A stretch of 63,663 nt of DNA, filler included, from Kipferlia bialata (taxonomy: Eukaryota): the NCBI GenBank assembly GCA_003568945.1. It is 6 parts of 6 records of this genome, joined end to end, with 100 filler letters (N's around TTAATTAATTAA, not from the genome) between each part and the next. Parts side by side here need not be neighbours in the genome. Positions count along the whole stretch, not along the records: positions 49,956 to 60,187 come from BDIP01000841.1; positions 60,288 to 63,663 come from BDIP01000856.1; 4 more parts are not named here. One strand, written 5' to 3'. Under the pieces are notes generated by a model. It was not told the DNA's origin. It did no database searches and saw nothing but the letters and a program-made list of their open reading frames with translations. The position numbers and the translations under genes were made by a program. This document shows, in pieces, positions 51,563 through 63,663 of this stretch. Within the stretch, counting starts at the first letter, position 1; the number at the start of each line of letters is the position of its first letter.

Positions 51563-54500
51563 CTACTGCTTGACCTGTCTCTGTATGTCGTTGGCTATGA
51601 AGACACACTGGTCTTGTAGTACACCGGCCTGGAGGGAGAGTCTCTCTCTCTCTCCCTCTCTCTCTGAAATACTCTCTTCCAGAGCCTTGCACCTGGATGC
51701 CATGCCCTGTACTATGTCCACACTGCGCTGGATGTCTCTGCCCCTCGAGGCATGTCTGGTGTAAGACTGATACGTACTACTTCAGGTATATTCTATATAC
51801 ACTGTATGTATATAGAATATGGTACATATACTCAATTGACACACTGCGCTGGATGTCTCTGCCCCTAGACGCATGCCTGGTGTGATATAGAATATAGAGT
51901 ATATACAGTATACACACTATATATACTATTAATGACACACTGCGCTGGATGTCTCTGCCCCTTGAAGCGTGTCTGGCATTAGTATACACAGTGCTATATA
52001 TACACTATTTATATTATAATATAAAGTATATGTATACTAATGACACACTGCGCTGGATGTCTCTGCCCCTGGAGGCATGTCTGGCATTAGTATATACAGT
52101 GTTATATATACACCTTCTATACTATTAGGTATATATTGTGTATTATTAATGACACACTGCGTTGAATGTCTTTGGTAATATGATATGAAAAGATGGTACC
52201 GTTACCTGTACTTCATCGAGATGAGCGGCAGCCCTCTCAGACCCAACAGCAACTGGCCAAGGACAAGCAGGGTCTGAAGTGAGTGCGAGGGGTGATTCAT
52301 AAATGTATAGAGTAGTATATATATCTACACAGAGAGAGGGGGAGATCAATGGACTAGCATGGTCTGGGGTGAGTGTTAGGGGTGATTCTCAATTGAAAGA
52401 GAGGTATATGAATATTATATATACAATATATACCTCTGCATCGAAGTCCATCCTTGGTATCTGGGCCAACACAGCCAGTGCCGATGTGCCATTGACAACT
52501 GTGTATATAAATACATATTTATACTTATATACCATATGTACCTCACTATCCATCTCCAACCCTGGTACTTGCCCCAGTACTGCCAGTGCCGATGTGCCGT
52601 TGACAGCCCTCAGGGCAGATATCACAAGGGCATTGAGCATAATGCAAAGAGCCAGAGGGGCCTAGATGGTTAGATGATAAATAGTATGTACACACACACA
52701 TATATATATATATGTATTAATGAATAATCAGGGCAGATATCACAAGGGCATTCAGCATTATGCACATGGCTAGGGGGGCCTGATGTGAAAGATATCTACA
52801 TGCATACAACCCCTTCCACCCGTTCAAATACTAATAAAAATTGTTTATACCATTACACAATTATATATATACTAAAAGGGAAGTGTTTTGTATATAGAAC
52901 ACATAACACAAAAAGAATGAACACAATATACTGTATACTATACAGCATACCTGAAGTGGAACTGTTGGCAGAGACCGGGATGAGACCTGAGGTGAGTACA
53001 TATATGAATGTATGAATAGATTGATTGATTGATAGATAGATATTGTAATATATATAACAGTATTTGACTGTGGGTAGAGACCGAGTGTACATGAGGGGTA
53101 TGGCACAGGTGCACATGGACAAAGAATACGAATAGTGTATTTATATAGTATATACACGATACTATATATATACAATACACACCTCAGGTACCGCTGCTGC
53201 GTTGAATGGCACAGGGGCACATGGGCACTGGACAAGGTCAGCCATGCCCTGGGACACGGTGGAGAGGAGGTGGGTCAGGGGCAAGGATATCTCCTACGGT
53301 TAGAGAGAGAGAGAGAGAGAAAGAGAGAAGGTCAGCCATGCCCTGTGAGACAAGTAAAGAGGAGGAGAGTCAAAGGTAAGGATATTTCCTAGGATGAGTA
53401 TAATGTGTACATATATATACTGTTATAGGTCAGTCATGCCCTGTGAGACAATAAAGAGAAGGTGGGTTAGGGGGAGAGAGATCTTCTGAATGTAGAGAGT
53501 GGGTGACAGAGAGAAAGAGAAAGAGAGGAGATGATTTACCGGCAATTAGACTACACACACCTCTGATGCCAGGAGGAGGGACGGTGGGATACCAGCCCTG
53601 GGTAGACCAAAGCACCTGGGGTGAGATGTGTTATCTCAATATATATATCACACAAGGCAGAACCACAGTGTATACATATGTGCATAGCCATACCTGTTGA
53701 CCAGTGCCGAGTACTCAGCAGCTGTGGCCTGGCAGACAAGGGTCTGGTGTTAGATATGAATGTTATATACATATAGAGAGACAGAGAGAGAAAGACAGAG
53801 ATGGTGGCAGACAATAGCCTGGTATCAGGGAGAATCATGAGGCATCTTCACAGAGAATACATGCCCTAGACGGAGGTAACAACAGGCACAGTATATACTG
53901 TAGAAATTAGTATGAAAAGACATACCCCCATAGGCACCAGTACCCTATAGACAACAGACAGGAAGGGAGAGACATACATGTATTGTATAATGGTATATGT
54001 ATATAATTATATAATGTAACCATACCCCCATAGGTACCAGTGCCCTGTACACATGTCCTAGGAAGGGGGAAACATCATCCCCAGTCTCTGAACCAACCCA
54101 CTGAGTGACAATAGACATGACCATATTAACCACCCGTGACCAGCCCTGACCCTTATTGACCATCATCACGCCTTGACCACAGTTGACTAAAGCGTCTACA
54201 AGCGATGTCTTGTCAGCAGTCGATACAGATACAGCGGCTGAGGTGGAGAGTATGTGCTTCAGCAGACCCAGGATGTCTAGGGGGAGGCTAGAGGGTCTAG
54301 ATGGTCTAGACGGTCCAGACGTTCCATCCTTGCCAGGGGTAGTAGTGGTTGCGTCAGAAGCACTATCACCTATAGTTGTACTCTGGGTACTAGGGGCACA
54401 TAGCTCTCCAAGGCCGTGTGTGGCAATGTCACACAGGACATGCAGGGAGAGCACGGGGAGGCGCTTCGACACAACCTAAATGTGAGCTGTATATATATTA

Positions 54501-57500
54501 CTGTATGTACATACGTGTATGTATGTATATATACATGTATATGATATATATATGATATATATATATGCGGAGGACATGTTGGGAGAGAACGGAGAGGCGC
54601 TTGGAGACAACCTACATGAGGTAACACATTGTACATACAGTACATAAGACACACACATATACATAGAAGAAAGTACCTTGCTGACGTTGAGCAGTCCCAG
54701 TATGGCAGATGTCCCGAGGCCACTGATACATGGTTTACATAGCATCTATGGAATAGGATATATATTAGTTAGTTATACCTTGCTGACATTGAGTAGTCCC
54801 AGTATGGCAGATGTCCCAAGGCCACTGAGCCTAGTAACCACTCCAGCCAGAGATAGCAGGTGGGGGAGGGACTCAGCAGAGAGGGAGAGGGAGAGGGACT
54901 CGATGACAGTAGGGGAGGAGGGGCTGGTACCCTCACCACTACCTGCGGCCATGATAGATGACCACTCAACCTGCCCCTCCTCTCTCTCTCCTCCTTGCTT
55001 GTTTGTGATGTTACTAGTCGACATGGCGTGTCTGGCCAGTTTGACCATGCCACTCATGCATGCATTGACAGTAGAGGGGGTGGAGGAGAGGACACAAAGG
55101 ACACCACGCACGACAGAGACAAGCATCTCATGTTGTGTGTCAATGATGGTATCGTCCTCACTGTTCTCGCTCACTGCCTCAGTAGACGACCCTGTAGGAA
55201 GAGCGTCCTGGACACTCTCCCCACTCTCAGTGGCTTCTGGTTCCTCACTTCCTGCGTCACTCCCTGCCTCTCTCTCTCCCTTGTCAGAGTGGGTTGCAGA
55301 CACATCAGCAGATGCTGCGGGGGAACTGTCCGACACAGAGGGTGTATCAACAGGCGCAGGCCCACTCACTGGAGATGCAGTCTCTGACACAGTACCACTA
55401 GTCTCCACTTCCCCGTGATTGGAACTCCCAGTGGATATTGCCTTGCTCTCCTCAGTCACCGTCTCAGTCTCTCTCTCACTCTCTCCGTTGGTAGATGTCT
55501 GCTCCATCAGGTCTCTCTCGGTGAGGGTTCCATCCTCTAATAGCCTAGTATAAGAGTGTAAATACTCATAAGTATTGGGAAAGGAAATGTATGGAGAGTG
55601 GCAAGAAGAGAGCCTAATGACACATTGTTTACATATAGAAATATGCAGATATGCATACAGCCACCTGGCCAAGAGTGCCAGTACTGAGACCGACACCTCA
55701 GACAGTGCTATACTGTACATATATAGTGGATATATAGTATATAGTACATTGTGTATATATAGTATATGTGTATATGTAATACCTGGCCAAGAGTGCCAGT
55801 ACAGAGACCGACACCTCAGAGAGGACTCTCTTGTCGACAGCCTCACCCCCTCTGCTGAGAGAGAGAGAGAGACCCTCCAGACACTGCTTGGACAGAGAGA
55901 GACCTGGAACAAGGGTGTCGAGACTCTCACTGGCCTGGTATCAGATGCAGATAGATAAGTGAACAATACTGATATTCATATATATATATATATATATACT
56001 GGTGGCTGAGGGTGTCGACACTCTCACTGGCCTGGTATCAGATGAAGACACTCTAGCTGTTCAATAGTACATACTGTTGGCATGGATCATAGGAGGATGA
56101 TATTCATATTGCGTATACAATACCGTACCATGCATCTCGTCGCACTACTGCTAAATATATACTATATATACTATATACATCAAATGTATATAATATATAC
56201 TATATACACTTAGGAGAATATACATAATATAGAACAATTATTACGAACCATGCATCTCGTCGCACATCTGCTGACCAGTCCACTGGAACCTGCCAAACTA
56301 TACACCAAGCATGGATATATATATATATATGTATATGTATATGTATACCGTACCATGCATCTAGTAGCACATCTGCTAACCAACCCACTGGCACATGCCA
56401 CGAGTGAGGGACTAAGGGTGCAGGAGAGGGTGTCTGCCATGACACTCAGAATCGATAGGGGAAGGGTGCCTGTCTCTCTCTCTCCCTCTACACCCTTTGA
56501 CACTCTACCCAGAGACAGCATCAACTGTTCACAGGCATACTGGTGGAAGGGGGGGACACCCACATACCCGGTGCTCCCTTGCTCTGTCTGGATAGGTAGT
56601 ATAGTCTCCAACTCTTCCTTTCTGTATGTACAGCCGGAGACCCTCTGATAGTGGGAGAGATCGGACCTGGGGTTACTACACATACTAAAACTAAGCAAAG
56701 ACATATCTGTATACAGCAAATAGTATCACATAGTATGAAGAACTGAGCCGGCCTTAAGGCACCGATGCCTATACATGGGGTGGTCCAAATGCTACCAGTG
56801 ATATGTACACACATATATGCTTTGTCACAGTAATATAAATAGTATATACATATATATAACACATTGTATATATAAAACAGTAATAATGAAATAGTATAAT
56901 AGTATATATATTAAAAGTAGTATAATAGTATAATACATACCTTGTGCTACCATCACCAAGTAGTGAGACAGGATCGATGTATACACATGGGCTGGTCCCA
57001 AATGCTAGCAACGATACATACATATATATATATATGCGTTTACCTTGTGCTACCATCACCAGGCAGTGAGACAGGAGGGCCCACTGATGGTGTGATATCA
57101 TTCTCTGCAATGTGGGTCTGGTACATGTCAAGGGCGGTCTCAATAGCGTTCCTGCTCAGGGATATGCCTATAGTAAGATAAAACATGTAATGTATGTACC
57201 ACAAAACATCCTGACCCCTGAATGGATACATGTCTGTCCCCAACACTCTCTGATAGTGTATGGGTCTACATTAGGCTATCCATATTCATACAGCAGCATA
57301 CAACCAACCTGATGCTTGAAGATGCATACAACTGTCCCTAACCCTGTCTACCATTGCATGTGATATATGTATATAATATATATACAACTACATACCTGAT
57401 CCCTGGAGGTGCATGCATCGCTCCTTGACCCTGTCTGCTAGGGCATGTGATAGGTGCAGTGTCTGAGGGAGTGTCTTGGGCACAGTGTCAGACACAGCGA

Positions 57501-60187
57501 GGGGGTCACGCTCTAGATCTCTATATAGTCTAGTATTAGCATAGGATAGTGTAGAGAGAGAGAGAGAGAGAGAGAGTGTGTGTGTCTTGGACACAATGTC
57601 AGACACAGATAGGGAATCGCGCTCAAGGTCATTATATAGTCTGAAAGTCAGTTAGTATTAAGAGAGAGAGAGAGATTGAGTGTCTTGGACACAGAGTCAG
57701 ACACAGATAGGGGGTCACGCTCAAGGTCTCTGTATAGTCTAAAGGTCAGTTAGTATTAAGAGAGAGAGAGAGAGAGAGAGAGATGGTCTTGGACACACTG
57801 TCAGAGACAGCTAGGGGGTCACGCTCAAGGTCTCTGTATAACCTAGTGTTATCAGAGTATCTATAGAGAGAAAGAGAAGAACTATGATAAAAACACACAT
57901 ACCTGATTAGCACACTGTCCGGTATATTCTTGCACTCCTCTGCATATTTCAACATATGTATATAAACATCTCTATATATATTTATTATACAGATTTACCT
58001 TATGAGTACACCATCTGGTATGTCTCTGCACTCCTCTGCATATTTCAACATGGACACAAAGGCAGGGGCAGTCATGGTGTCTACTGTACCTGTAATGAGA
58101 TATGTATAATAGATTAGATAATAATGCAGAATCCAATAAATACACATATATACATGGACACAAAGGCAGGGGCAGTCATGGTGTCTAAGGTACCTAGAGT
58201 AAGTAGGAGGAGAGACAGAGTAAGGGCAGGGGGGGGGGGAGGTAGTACACCTACATACCCTTCTCGAGTGATGTGTTGAGCATCAAAATGGCATAGACCG
58301 TAGCACATATTAACACATACACATAAGTATTTGCATAAATAGCTTTGCCACTTCTTACCCTTCTCGAGTGATGTGTTGAGCATCAGAATGGCATAGAGCA
58401 GCAGGTGGGCCTGTTTGACACTGTCAATGCGGCACATAGAATCCCTCTCTCCCTCTATATCAGTCTCTGCATCCTCACACTCAATGCTCAATACAGGTGC
58501 ACTTGTGTCCCCAAGTGTACCCCCTCTGTCATAGAGTATCTGGGCAAGGGCGTGGAGTACTCTGTCTACGGCCTGGCCCTATCATCAGGGGAATACATAT
58601 AGACATACAGTGAATCCACGTAGACTAGTATACATATCATTGGTTATAAACACACACACATAAGGTATAGCAAAGAGAACAGATATTGATGGTGTTGGAG
58701 CAAAACACAGTATAAATACATGGGGTATGGTACTACGCACAAGATACCCACCTCTCCACATATGAGGCACGTGCTGCATATATAGCGCATCAGGGGGATG
58801 AGGGGAAGGGGTCTCTCTCTCTCTCCCTCAACCTCTCCTTTAGTGTCTCCGTCTCTCTCTCTCTCTGTAGAGGAGAGATACCCATCACACATACTGTGGA
58901 GGTAGCTCTGCAAGACAGGAAGGTCACTGGCCCCACTCACTAGGTCAAACACCCTCTGGGGGTCTAGACCCTTTAGTGAGGCCAGTAACTGACCGGTGGC
59001 AGAGGGGGTGAGGGTATCAGCCTCTAGATACCGTCTGGCCTGTTTGAGGGATGATGCCGATATGCAGTGCGTGACGGCAGAGACGAGTAGCTTCCTGAGG
59101 TAAAAGAGTCTATAATTCCTCTACAAACAACCTGTATATAAATGAGTGTATAGTGATGAGGCCGATATGCAGTGCGTGACGGCAGAGACAAGTAGTTTCC
59201 TGAGGAGTAAGAGTCTATAATTCCATTACTAACAACCTATAACTGTATATAAGTGAGTGTGTAGTGATGATGCCGATATGCAGTGTGTACCGACAGAGAC
59301 ATAGGGTTTCCTGAGGTTAAAAAATGTGTGTGATACATGTTCATACTCCTTACACTATATGTATAGTTATAAGAATTACATGAATATGAATAAACACCAT
59401 ATATACCACTGAACAACTTGGTGATATACTTACTCACATATATCATAATGGTTACTAAATGTATACCTACAGAGCATGTTTGGCACTGATGTAACCCCAT
59501 CCGTCGCCATTGTGCTGTCAGGGCTGGACAGGCTGCATATGGTGGATATCACAGACAGGGCAGCAGAGGAGCGGGGAGTGCTTGCACCTTCACCTAGTGT
59601 GAGGAGAATAGATAAGAAGTAGGAAAATGAAAAGTACAATACTATACAACACTAGTACATGGTATCTATATGGTGGCAGATGAGCGAGAAGAGGGAGCCT
59701 AACCATAATCAGAATACCTATCCACAATAGTGTACTAATACTACGATAGAAGCTTGAGATACTAGAACAAACACAAATATACCTGCCGCAGAGCACACTG
59801 TGTAAAGCTATCCGGCATATTGTAATCCTATGACAATACATTATGTATATATGATGATGATCAGAGTATATCCTATGTATACCTGCCGCAGAACAGACCG
59901 TGTCCAAGAGCATAGGCAGCATGAAGCCCTTGGTGGATGCCAGGTCAAAGTGGACACAGAGTGCCTGGTGGTAAGTAGAGGGTATAGGGAGAGATAGAGA
60001 GAGAGAGAGAGAGAACAACTATGAGCAGCTCAAAGAGTACACAAAGTGCTTGATGGGGTAGAGAGAGAAGAGTAGAGTAGTGAGACAGAAAGTAACTCGA
60101 ACTGAATGCCATGTGAAGAGAGAGAGAGAGAGGTGGGGGGGGGGGGGGTACCTGTAGGAAGAGAGGACGCATTTGCAAAAGAGAGAA
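51563..60187 (-). CDS. Large multi-exon alpha-helical (HEAT/ARM-like) hypothetical protein, 5'-truncated
   Basis: Many amphipathic exons (e.g. SAALSVISTICSLSS, HLLLYAILMLNTSLEK, LPVLSLHVLCDIATHG). Terminal exon RHASRGRDIQRSVDIVQGM...IQRQVKQ* with stop at 51563-51565. Confidence 0.65.
51720..52180 (-). repeat. Exon-echo array: acceptor plus first 36 nt of the terminal exon, three intact echoes and one degenerate echo
   Basis: cag-(A/G)CA(T/C)GCNTCNAGGGGCAGAGACATCCAGCGCAGTGT at about 52046-52081, 51937-51972 and 51841-51876, with the complete exon starting near 51756. Confidence 0.93.
57470..57850 (-). repeat. Exon-echo array: acceptor plus about 58 nt of exon start, four copies
   Basis: Copies encode RLYRDLERDPLAVSDSVSKT, RLYRDLERDPLSVSDSVSKT, RLYNDLERDSLSVSDIVSKT and the complete RLYRDLERDPLAVSDTVPKT, separated by (CT)n tracts. 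Confidence 0.92.
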
Positions 60188-60287
60188 NNNNNNNNNNNNN
60201 NNNNNNNNNNNNNNNNNNNNNNNNNNNNNNNTTAATTAATTAANNNNNNNNNNNNNNNNNNNNNNNNNNNNNNNNNNNNNNNNNNNN
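60188..60287. other. Artificial contig linker
   Basis: N44-TTAATTAATTAA-N44. Confidence 0.98.
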
Positions 60288-60294
60288 ATGGTAG

Positions 60295-60339
<45 letters not shown>

Positions 60340-60400
60340 CTGATGATATGAGTATGTGATGCAGGGCCTTGCATGTGTGATTCTGTCACTAATTCCCCAG

Positions 60401-63101
60401 GGGCGCTGTCTTTGCCGTTGGATCTAGGTTCAACCACTCCTGCACCCCTAATGTGTCCAAGGTGTGGGTGGACAGGAAGAAGAAGGTGTGGAGACTGTAT
60501 TTATACTATTTATACTATATATACTATATATACTATATATACTATATATACTATTTATCCATTTTCAGTATTTTTTGCCTCCTGATGTGTCCAAGGTGTG
60601 GGTGGACAGGAAGAAGAAGGTGTGGCTACTATATATATTTACACTATATATTGTATATACTATGGATACTATATATCCATTAAGGTGGACAGGAAGAAGA
60701 AGGTGCGTGGATTCTACAGTGAATAGACTCCAAATTTAAGTCTTATGAATAGACTCTCAGTCTGATTCCACACTTCTTTTGCCTCCATGGGGATTTGGAC
60801 CCTCGGTCCAGAAGATTGCAAGTACAGTGCCCTCTCTCATATACAGGTATCTGAACGCTTCACTGCTGCCAGGGACATTGAGGCCGGGGAGGAGCTGACC
60901 ATACACTACTGCGACATCAGGTACGCCTCATATATATATCTATGTGATCTAACATATTTGTCTCATAAATATATGATATGTAGGGCTGACCATACACTTC
61001 TGCGACATCAGGTGGGGTCACTTGCATTGTATATGTTTGCCTTCCCGCTGAAACCCTCCAACTTTTCTAACCTACAGGGCTGAGAGGTCCTTCAGGCGCA
61101 CAAAGCTCGAGGGATCATACCACTTCACTTGTGAGTGGCCTAGTGTCTATATGTACTCTCTTACTGGTTCTTAGCTAGTATACCTGGGACATCAGTGTTG
61201 CTTTCTGCAAGGACATCAGTGTATTGATAGATACTCATATAGGTGTATATTGATATTTATTTTGTAAATTGCTCAATACAATTGCATTATTATGTATTCA
61301 ATCCAGGCACCTGCCCTGACTGTATGCTGGAGGGTGATGAGAGGAAGGCATCCGATGAGGCCAGAGAGAGGATGGCCCACCTGACAGGGGAGGTACCTAT
61401 CTCGTGTGATTTGCTATTGACTCATAACTTCAACTCACTTCTTCTGATGGTTACTGTCTATTATTGAGAGAATGGCCCACCTGACAGGGGAGGTACGTCA
61501 CCTCTCTTATGGACCCTTATGACCTAGTATGAACCCTTAGTTCATGCACTGTTAAACCCTTACTTCAGCTCCCAAACATGGCCAGGGCCGCTTTCAAGGG
61601 TGTAGACGCCGCCAGAGAGGTATATATTTGTCCATCGTTTGGTCCTTCCTACTAACTACTCTATTCCTGTGATTATATCTCAGCTTCTTGCCCCATATGT
61701 ATTCCCCCCTAATCACATTCCCAGTATATATATCCGCCCACATATGTCTTCCCACAAGTATATATGTATATATTGTTCTCTCTCACCATAGCTCCTTGCC
61801 CTGCCTGTAAATGATTATATTAGCTAATACACGCAAGTATATATATATACTCTATGTATATGTCTCATTTCTAGCTTCTTGCCCTCCATGAGACCCACCT
61901 CCATGCCCTGCCTGTCTATGTCAGACAGGCTGCATACCAGGGGTTCGAGATGGCACTGTACAAGAGGTGTATATATATATATACACTCTCTAAAGTAGTT
62001 GAATAGTATGTATTGTTATTGGCTGCATACGAGGGGTTCGAGATGACACTGTACAAGAGGTGGGCACCGTGTATCTATTCTATTATGTATATATAGTATA
62101 GTATAGTGTGTATATGTGTTCATGGATGTGTAGTATTGTGTATATATACTCTATTAGAAGAGGGATTCGAGATGGCACTGTACAAGAGGTAGTTCTGCTC
62201 TCTGAAGTAGTGTATTTGTCGTCTCCTATTTATGTGCCTCTTGACTTGTGCTGACCGCAGGGATATCGCTGAGGCCCGTGGGTTCATCTACAGAGTCCTG
62301 GCTAACCAGATACTGATGGAGGTACTTTCTCTTCTCTCTCTCTCTCTCTCTCTCTCTGCCCTTTGCTGAATATGAATTGCTCTATCCATGTCTATTGTTA
62401 CTCTTCTTGGACCCCTATAGAGTATATCTGTGTAAGTGCATAACAACTGTTGTTGAACATCTCATCCCAGGGTGACGGCCACCACTGCACCGAGTGGCGC
62501 AAGTACTGTGAGGACCCCTCTACCCACCGCATAGCACAGGCACAGGGACTCAAGTCGGTAAAGAAGGTCAGTATGTAGATTTCCCTTGTTGAGGTGTTGG
62601 TCATCTCGCTCCCACTCTCGCTCTTTCTCTTTTTACCACCAGCCCTTTGAGATGCCTCCCTATTATTCTCTCTCTCTCTCCCTCTGACCCCAGCCCTTTG
62701 ACATGCCTCCCTATTATTCTCTCTCTCTCCCCCTCTAATTCTAGCCCTTTGAGATGCCTCCCTATGAGTCCATGGTGGAGATCAAGCCAGCAGTGGAGGT
62801 ATGCAGTTTACCCATAGAATCACATTATCGACATGTTGCCAATTTTACTACAGTGATAGTACTATATGTACCTTTATTACATTTCATGTTTACACAGGAG
62901 CCCGTAGAGGATGTAGAGGCCACGTGTATAGTACATATGTATTAATAGTTTTATACACTTTAAGTTGTATTTACCCAGGAGCCAGAGCCTGTAGATGATG
63001 CTGAGAAGGATGTAGTGTCCAAGCCCAAGAGTGGCTCTTCAGGTGCTGGTAAGAAGAAGAGCAAGGGGAAGAACAAGAAGAAGAAGGGCAAGAAGAAGTG
63101 A
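60401..63101 (+). CDS. SMYD/Set5-type SET-domain lysine methyltransferase, 5'-truncated
   Basis: Spliced GAVFAVGSRFNHSCTPN, AARDIEAGEELTIHYCD, post-SET YHFTCTCPDC, a helical C-terminal region and a Lys-rich tail ending TGA at 63099-63101. Confidence 0.92.
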
Positions 63102-63663
63102 ATAATGGAATAGAATAGATCGTTATCATGAGAATTGGGAGAACCGTGTATCTAAATTGTAGATTCTCCAAGGCAAGATGCATAGATCTAGCAGAAGACG
63201 AAAGGGAAGAAATAGATCGTTATCACTATACTATAGTTGTATATATCAAGTTGAATGCATCCTGAGGAGATTCATTCAGGATCACAGTGTTTGAACGGAG
63301 AGAGGGCATATTCAGAGAATCAAGGCACTAGCCATCCAGACTATCTTGCTTCCATGCACTTGTGACATGTATGCCATTAGTACAACCATGTGTCTACAAC
63401 ACCTGTGACACGCATTGAAAATACAACTTCTATTGTCTGACTCTCTCTTCTTGGAACGACAACAGTAACAAAAGATATGATACAGCATATAATACAACCG
63501 TCGAATCTAGATATACACTCCAGATGCGATAGATAGTGGAGGCGTACATATATATAGCTACATATATATATATGGAATAGGAAGGCCATCGGGTGGTCTT
63601 CATACTCGGTGCCGCCTCTCTCTCCCCCCCCCCCCCCCCCCCCCCCCCCCTCTCTCCTCTCTC

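Noticed and set aside
51720..52180. Repeat-spacer arrays (33-58 nt repeats with spacers of roughly 40-80 nt, also at 14932, 40146 and 57470) that look like CRISPR arrays
   Set aside because: The repeats are copies of adjacent coding exon edges with splice sites, the spacers are low-complexity TA/CT DNA, there are no cas genes and the context is eukaryotic.
1..63663. Most short ORFs in the six-frame track (YIYI-, SLSL-, ERER- and poly-P/G-rich)
   Set aside because: They are translations of intronic microsatellites or antisense shadows of real exons.
1..63663. tRNA, rRNA or intact transposable elements
   Set aside because: None was recognisable by eye. A covariance-model and repeat-library search would be needed to exclude small RNAs.

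Overview
Eukaryotic, very intron-dense genomic DNA, not prokaryotic. The window holds six assembly pieces (1-6684, 6785-21078, 21179-35467, 35568-49855, 49956-60187, 60288-63663) joined by artificial 100-nt N44-TTAATTAATTAA-N44 linkers. Short GT-AG introns carry (TA)n, (CT)n and poly-C tracts and a branch point placed close to the acceptor (CTNAC-ccc-YAG). Together with the standard genetic code and intron-poor kelch-like genes, this suggests a free-living fornicate metamonad such as Kipferlia (inference). Genes I could splice by hand: a cAMP-receptor/GCR1-like GPCR, two kelch-like proteins, a Ser/Thr kinase, a stand-alone mRNA guanylyltransferase, a bacterial-type (AdeC) adenine deaminase, a CH-domain fragment, two tandem iGluR-like channels without an ATD, SFT2, a SMYD-type SET methyltransferase and several large hypothetical proteins. 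The main observation is pervasive 'exon echoes': many introns hold 1-4 truncated copies of the adjacent exon edge, each usually with its own splice site. Many cannot be spliced in frame, yet they differ from the complete exon mostly at synonymous codon positions. One intron present in only one of two paralogs is built from such echoes. Exon coordinates are hand-derived and need RNA-seq confirmation.
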